The position numbers and the translations under genes were made by a program. The notes under the pieces are model-generated. The model did not search any database, had not been told where the DNA came from, and saw only the letters and a program-made list of their open reading frames with translations. From Nemertoderma westbladi (taxonomy: Eukaryota > Animalia > Xenacoelomorpha): a stretch of 63,458 nt of DNA. The stretch spans positions 1 to 63,458 of the forward strand of contig JAUCBJ010001625.1 of assembly GCA_032718475.1 (NCBI GenBank). The letters run 5' to 3'. This document shows, piece by piece, positions 59,101-63,458 of the stretch (position 1 is its first letter; every line of letters begins with the position of its first letter).

Positions 59101-60405
59101 GATAGTCAGTTCAAGGACTGCGCGCTGACCAAACTTAGTCTAAGAGACTCAGCTGCGGAGAAACTGAGTAGCGCTGGATTTGCCGTTTTTCAAGACGTTT
59201 GTATACAGAACTTACATTCATCTGTTATACAAAGACCTCGAATACCTACGGGATATTCTGTCGTGGAAATACAAACAGTGGGTCCACTTACGGAAACAGA
59301 CGCACCCACTTCGTCTATGCAGTTGGAGGATGAGCCAGTATGCTTGGAATCAGAAGCGATTCAGCCTACAGCTTCCCGGAGCAGTGACAATGATTATGTC
59401 ATAGAGTGGTATCAAGGTCCACAGCGTCTCACAGCGTACGATTATCGACACGCCAACTACGTTTCCCGAAAACGTTGTCGATTATGCGCATCGAGAGACC
59501 ACTTCACCCCTCTCGACTCCAACGCACCTTGCTCCTATTTCCTCGAACAACCGATGATGGAAATATATTGTGCTTATTGCAGACTTAATAACTCTCATAT
59601 TTTTGCTGTCTGCCCACAATTTATGACTCAGTGTCACTACTGTCAACTTAAAGGACATGAAAGTTATAATTGTCCCTTTAATCGCGATTTAGAGAGCGTA
59701 GACGAGATGATCACCCTGCGATACATCCGAGCTTGGGAAGCGAATGCAGATTTACATTGCGAATCCCGACATCGCTATTACCCTGGACGAGCTTACGAGG
59801 GAGTTTACACGTTCCATCCTTACCTATTCGCATCGATTGAGCAGAAAACACGCGTACCAAGTTACGAGTTAATGAAGCGTGTTGGTGAGTGTATTTCCAC
59901 CAAGTTTGTCAGAAAATATCTTAGAAACGTCAACCCTAATGATATAACCACTTATCACCTGATCAATTTTATACGTCAGGACCCTGAGTATGGCGACATC
60001 TTTGTAAACTCGCATCCTGAACTACAAGAAATATCTCGGCGACCATATGAATATCGAACCCGAGAACGCGAGCTGGAGAGAACCATTAAACCGAGAAAGT
60101 TCCTCACCACTCACGGTCCACCCACCGCTAGTGTCCAGACTACCCGTCAAGGACCCGTAGGAGCTGCTGTCCTGAGACGCGCCCTAAAGGCCGTTAGATC
60201 TCGCTCCACTGAGGTTGATATTAATCAACCAGGCACTTCGACCGGCGGGTATACCGATCGTAATCCTACACCTTCTGATGCAATCGTATTGCACCCTTCG
60301 CCTAGGAGCTACAGCCCTCCTCATAAAGTGGCTCGCCCCAAAGAGAAAAAGACTCTTGCTAGCCTCAAGAAACTGCGTAAACGCCGTCCGCGCAAGAAAG
60401 ACTAA
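56152..60405 (+). CDS. BEL-C accessory protein (1417 aa): unknown N-terminal domain, DEDD 3'-5' exonuclease-like domain, CCHC zinc knuckles, basic tail
   Basis: Intact ORF between pol and the PPT. ExoI-like YDNEG (D718/E720), ExoII-like KIGSAVYGD (D819), FVDTQ, ExoIII-like YTIFE (Y927/E931). Knuckles at ~aa 1140-1174. No signal peptide or TM segment seen. Confidence 0.85.
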   Translation: MTELIEDDLGIRERYTLPLQAFVDSLIRGDADPTTTEDDGRYIEPPMSQEQLTRELDYRKFTARYTHRNGTYMDFLTTGHPIDLHDTDDVDTEREMVLFKYHTQRSRNDKSRIEHENSIRNKLEREDVEEPDKRNGFNDYLEFLRETYLNVASQQNLETRYPQGIHPDPIMELKRLYFTMMYLTADRPLPVVPDSFEQMEEYCKTGERSPAFPLQDVRLWYYCDECPRPNQQIERHKHPRRRCAKHSFTRYTYGSFERNLFDVSPTVARLKRSLNKPMIRVPEYSVRPPHSQVIPQTLDPNSITDPPELYSLFKDLVLPEQLIGGTPVVGSLDIRQPYLAGLGRGHLISPFNPYNRPGLPPIQPVTEVEESVIRNALDAIRQKIGKGTYDCLEKRKLQQQVQAVKELALPQFDREIQNLEEDIERGRTYSLQEFLDERLQQQAEENQLEERHIELTEREEAALAQPEAQILVTDLYSKTILHPSMVPHFKDKLFATVQPQPVNTDLRSHKLVADAPMLQRPPVEAARVDGVLVEPPDNRADLVRRMVHDVNIRARPLPDSFYGIKDHPYYVNLKQYYMVKPEDPTHSLRFLPLINPLDLVELEQLQKHLDQLVKLNSFRKPYNISRIEKEISPPYNLDGFIKTRLVHWNLDVLFEEERIKRYGDVETYTTQCLKYRDLPNANECATLWHPVGMTLKNATKEWNETLNVIEMYGVVTYDNEGSVPVGELGTTRMIHIRGLAGSTHVFTRACSDVIDYSFEPLTEIQKKLRHGQFELVQRYVTDTERKPAMGIDGLMLPQPVLEMLFNERILKIGSAVYGDLQNDFRNMENIPYPFVDTQLIAPWAKGRGFFRTMYANTPSGITKVQRTSIGHLAFQEYGWNFKVGNPINYQQVYGDHYSRLYFDRPLTAPGAVYSFMSVPLRPSLAIYTIFENAALAGWLADVCSRTIRAHPLILGTKLAKLDEHNKFIRFECFRRFLTPFRNVDSQFKDCALTKLSLRDSAAEKLSSAGFAVFQDVCIQNLHSSVIQRPRIPTGYSVVEIQTVGPLTETDAPTSSMQLEDEPVCLESEAIQPTASRSSDNDYVIEWYQGPQRLTAYDYRHANYVSRKRCRLCASRDHFTPLDSNAPCSYFLEQPMMEIYCAYCRLNNSHIFAVCPQFMTQCHYCQLKGHESYNCPFNRDLESVDEMITLRYIRAWEANADLHCESRHRYYPGRAYEGVYTFHPYLFASIEQKTRVPSYELMKRVGECISTKFVRKYLRNVNPNDITTYHLINFIRQDPEYGDIFVNSHPELQEISRRPYEYRTRERELERTIKPRKFLTTHGPPTASVQTTRQGPVGAAVLRRALKAVRSRSTEVDINQPGTSTGGYTDRNPTPSDAIVLHPSPRSYSPPHKVARPKEKKTLASLKKLRKRRPRKKD

Positions 60406-60469
60406 CTGTTTAGAGTATTTTTATATTTTAGAAACTGTGATTTTGTATATTTTATAGACTTAAATCCCA

Positions 60470-60483
60470 TTTTCTGGGAGCGG
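60470..60483 (+). promoter_or_regulatory. BEL-C polypurine tract
   Basis: TTTTCTGGGAGCGG abuts the 3' LTR TGT. Confidence 0.75.
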
Positions 60484-61722
60484 TGTAAAAGCTTTTGTGG
60501 GATAACTGGTTCGTTTGCTTTGCTGGCCAGTTCCCCCCCGGTCGCTAGAAATACTCAAAAGGGGATCTGTAGTTAAAATAGTGCAAGCTACCAGCTTATT
60601 GGCTGATTTGCGGTATGCAGGTATCTGGGCTCTGTTTAATCGTCCAACTAGCCTAAGGGGGTTGCGTCATAGCCCTGTTTTTTGTATCTCCCAATAGAAT
60701 TTGAGTTATCCTGGATTTTAACCAATCCTGAGCTACTGAACTGAAATTTTCCTATCTCACTGCTCATCCTCTGTGTTGAACGGGAGCTTCGTGGAATAAG
60801 TGTAGTTGGTATTCTCGTAGTCACGAGTTTTTCAAAGCCATGAAAGAACGGCTTTATAGTGTTTTGTGCTTTTCTGCTTTTAACTCAACACTAGTAGGTT
60901 TAATTATAAGGACATATATCCTTTAACTGGCAAAACGCACTAACCAAACTGCACTACAAACGGCGGACCAGTAAACAAACTGCCTGACGCACGGCATACT
61001 ACTGACTGCTGAAACATTGCAAACTCATAACAATCAGTGTTCAGTTGTTGTTTTATACTGCTATTTACTGTCGGTTATTCATTATATTTGTGGATGAATT
61101 ATTATATTTGGAATAACGATAAATACCCCAAAACCCAATATTCTTGATATACCGAAGGTAAGAGAGAAAGGTTACAGATAAACGATTGTGACTTATGTTA
61201 AAGTGGTTTGAAGAGAATCTAATGTTATTTGATAGACCCTACATGAGTCAGCCTGTGTTCCTTTTATATGTGACTAAAATCAGTGAAGATCGGCAGATTA
61301 GTGTGCAGTATTGTGCAGCATTGTGTATGCGTGAGTCTGTTAAAGAAGCATTTCCTAAAGAATGCGCCATATATGTTAATTATAACTAAACCATATCGTT
61401 GTGAGTAGTTTAAGTCATAACTCTGTTTATATAGATAGAGCGCCACGTCCTAAAGGAACTGTTAATATTCCCCGAAGGTGAATAATATTGTCAGAGATTA
61501 TATAATACTGTCAGTCGAATAATACATTAGGCTTACATAGCAATAAGATTAAACCGTCGAACCCAATCTCCTGGGTATAACCAGCGGGTGAATGATCGCG
61601 CACGGATTGGTTTCGACTAGTGTAGTGAATCAAATACTTGTCGTAGGCAGAAAAGCGATTTAATATCTAGAAGACATCATAATTTGGCGGGTTAAACTGC
61701 CAAAGGTCTGAAAGCGCGAACA
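60484..61722 (+). repeat. BEL-C 3' LTR
   Basis: Direct repeat of 39940-41178. Confidence 0.97.
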
Positions 61723-61727
61723 GAAAT

Positions 61728-62208
61728 CACTACAACGTAACGCCAATCAATTTTCCCCTCAGAGTTCGCGCGACGTAGGACGTAACAATCCGCCCGATTA
61801 TCATACTGTATACCACAAGAGTACTAGGAGAATTATCCCGCAGGTTATTGAGCGTTGAAGAATGTACTCGTAGAAAGTTGCGATGCCGAATGGCTTCGGT
61901 CGTGAGAGCGGGTCGGAGATAAACTCGATTAAACTCACTCAAATTGCAGAGTAATTTTTTGCTCCTAAGAACAAACAGTCGATCGGCAGGGGACTTTAAT
62001 TCAACCTTTACTAATCTAGGATACTTGGAAAAGGCAGGCTTCGGCAGACGACGCAATCCCATGATTTGAATATCTTGGCAGTTTATGGAATCGAGAAGTT
62101 TTCGGATCAGTTTGAAATCATCTTCGCCAGGTTGTCTATCCGATAATCCTTCCACGATAAATGACGAGCGGACATCTTCTGATTCCTTTTGCCGTTTTGC
62201 CTTTTCCA
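61728..62208 (-). pseudogene. CR1-type ORF1 C-terminal part
   Basis: FIVEGLSD, RRL, YPRLVKVEL, VLRSKKLL and VYLRPALT are typical CR1-group ORF1 motifs. Resumes at 39934 across BEL-C. Confidence 0.8.
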
Positions 62209-63185
62209 GTTTATTTTTAATTTGGAGCATTAGGGTGGTGGTGTTGGAAAATTTTCTTTTCGATATCATCATGTACTCTGTTTTAGAAAGGTTTAGTGAC
62301 AGTTTATTGGCTATCAGCCAGTTGGAGACTTTTTCAAGTTCGAGATTAGCTTCTCTTAATAATATTTCAGGTGATTGGGAACTATGTGTTTAACTCGTGT
62401 CGTCGGCAAAAAGGACCGCCAAAAGTCTAGAACAATAATTGGGTAGATCATTTATATAGATAATAAACAATAAGACACAATAACACAGGGATCCTTGAGG
62501 TCTACCGCATATAAGATTAAGTGTACTAGAAATATGGCTACCTACTGTACTGCCTATACGTACTATCTAGGGTTACTAAGATAACTAGCTAATAATTTTA
62601 ACGGCAGCCGTATCACACCATAAGTTTCTAGCTTTTTTAATAATATTGATAATAATTTATATATTAAGTTTATAATTTTGTTTTTCGATATGAAACCAAG
62701 AAGTTGAATGTAAATTATTTTTTTAAAAATTTTAGAAAAAATGCTTCAAATAGAAATAGGTGTGTAGTTCGTCCTGTCTAGAGGGCTGCCGCCTTTATAA
62801 ATCTGTATTACTTTTGCAATTTTCATAAATGATGGATAAACTGCATTCCGCATGCGGCAATTAATTAATATAGTTAGGTGTAATGCTAATATTCCCGGCC
62901 CTATTTTAATTAATTTAATATAATAATAACTCGTTGATTTGTTTTCTGGGATGTCATTAATTATATTCAATACCTCCTCGCTTGACACTTCCCATAAGGA
63001 GAAAGAGTTCGGAAGTGGTGCTCTTAAATAAGTAGTGGGATTAATCGGACTATCCGGAATATTGGAAGCCAGTTTCGGACCGATAAAAGAAAAAAATTCG
63101 TTAAACGACTCTGCAATTTCCGTTGGATCTGAGATAATTTTTGTATTTTCGTTCTGTTGTATAATGGGTTGCGACAAAACAGCGG
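62209..63185 (-). pseudogene. Host LINE (CR1/L2/Crack group), 5' half of RT
   Basis: IAESFNEFF, KIAKVIQIYKGG, NYTPISI, PQGS, LFADDT and WLIANKLSLNLSKTEYM. Confidence 0.88.
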
Positions 63186-63458
63186 CATTCGGTAGAGAGG
63201 GGGGGGGGGGGGGGGGGGGGTTGTAATGGGGGTTGGGCAGCCGTATCTGGAAATGAATGTAATGGCTGTTGTGTAGGGTGGACAGCAGTCACTAGTGGGT
63301 GTTGTATGGGGGGTTGGACAGCTGTGTCTGGAAATGGTTGTAATGTGTGTTGTAATGGGTGTTGTGTAGGGTGGACAGCAGTACAGTTTGGGGTAGGGCG
63401 GGTTGACCTCAGGTGACTAATGAAATGAATAAAGTGTCATATATTGATATTATGTGCT

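Larger units (their letters stand above)
39940..61722 (+). mobile_element. BEL/Pao LTR retrotransposon BEL-C (non-autonomous, 21.8 kb)
   Basis: 1239-bp LTRs (TGT...ACA) differing at only ~6 positions by eye; TSD GAAAT (39935-39939 and 61723-61727). BEL gag and protease present. Confidence 0.96.
21039..62208 (-). mobile_element. 5'-truncated CR1-type LINE, split by BEL-B, an RTE copy and BEL-C
   Basis: ORF1 remnant at 61728-62208 and 39787-39934, ORF2 at 36365-39722, (TCTTA)n tail at 36134-36150 and 21039-21045. Flanked by GTTTA at 21034-21038 and 62209-62213. Confidence 0.85.

Noticed and set aside
59476-59673. Nanos-type zinc finger
   Set aside because: Spacing is CX2CX5HX4C and CX2CX4HX4C (knuckle type), not the Nanos CX2CX12HX10C.
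56152-60405. env gene
   Set aside because: No signal peptide, transmembrane segment or glycoprotein-like Cys pattern. Nuclease-like motifs and a basic tail instead.
61730-62272. 180-aa ORF as a novel protein
   Set aside because: It is an accidental in-frame fusion of host-LINE RT residues (to ...QIKNK) with the truncated CR1 ORF1.

Overview
Eukaryotic (probably invertebrate) transposon cluster with no recognisable host gene. It holds three distinct BEL/Pao LTR retrotransposons. BEL-A (~2937-14325, minus strand) has lost its 5' end. BEL-B (21046-36133, minus) has 2.2-kb LTRs and TSD ATAAG. BEL-C (39940-61722, plus) has 1239-bp LTRs and TSD GAAAT; its RT, RNase H and most of integrase are deleted. 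BEL-B, BEL-C and a short RTE copy sit inside one CR1-type LINE, which itself interrupts another LINE at a single site. RTE, Gypsy, SINE, Penelope-like and satellite fragments fill the rest. Three unusual traits recur across the BEL elements. (1) All three carry a homologous accessory gene after pol, where env usually sits. It is intact in BEL-C (1417 aa) and encodes a DnaQ/DEDD 3'-5' exonuclease-like domain, tandem CCHC zinc knuckles and a basic tail, with no env features. (2) The two elements with a 5' LTR lack a tRNA-type (TGG) primer-binding site. Instead the 10-12 nt abutting the LTR are perfectly complementary to a site inside their own LTR, suggesting tRNA-independent self-priming. (3) BEL-A and BEL-B are each studded with a dispersed ~20-nt hairpin whose variants mostly preserve pairing. 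Together these suggest a self-priming, exonuclease-carrying BEL/Pao lineage. The functional link is inference. All calls were made by eye without database searches.
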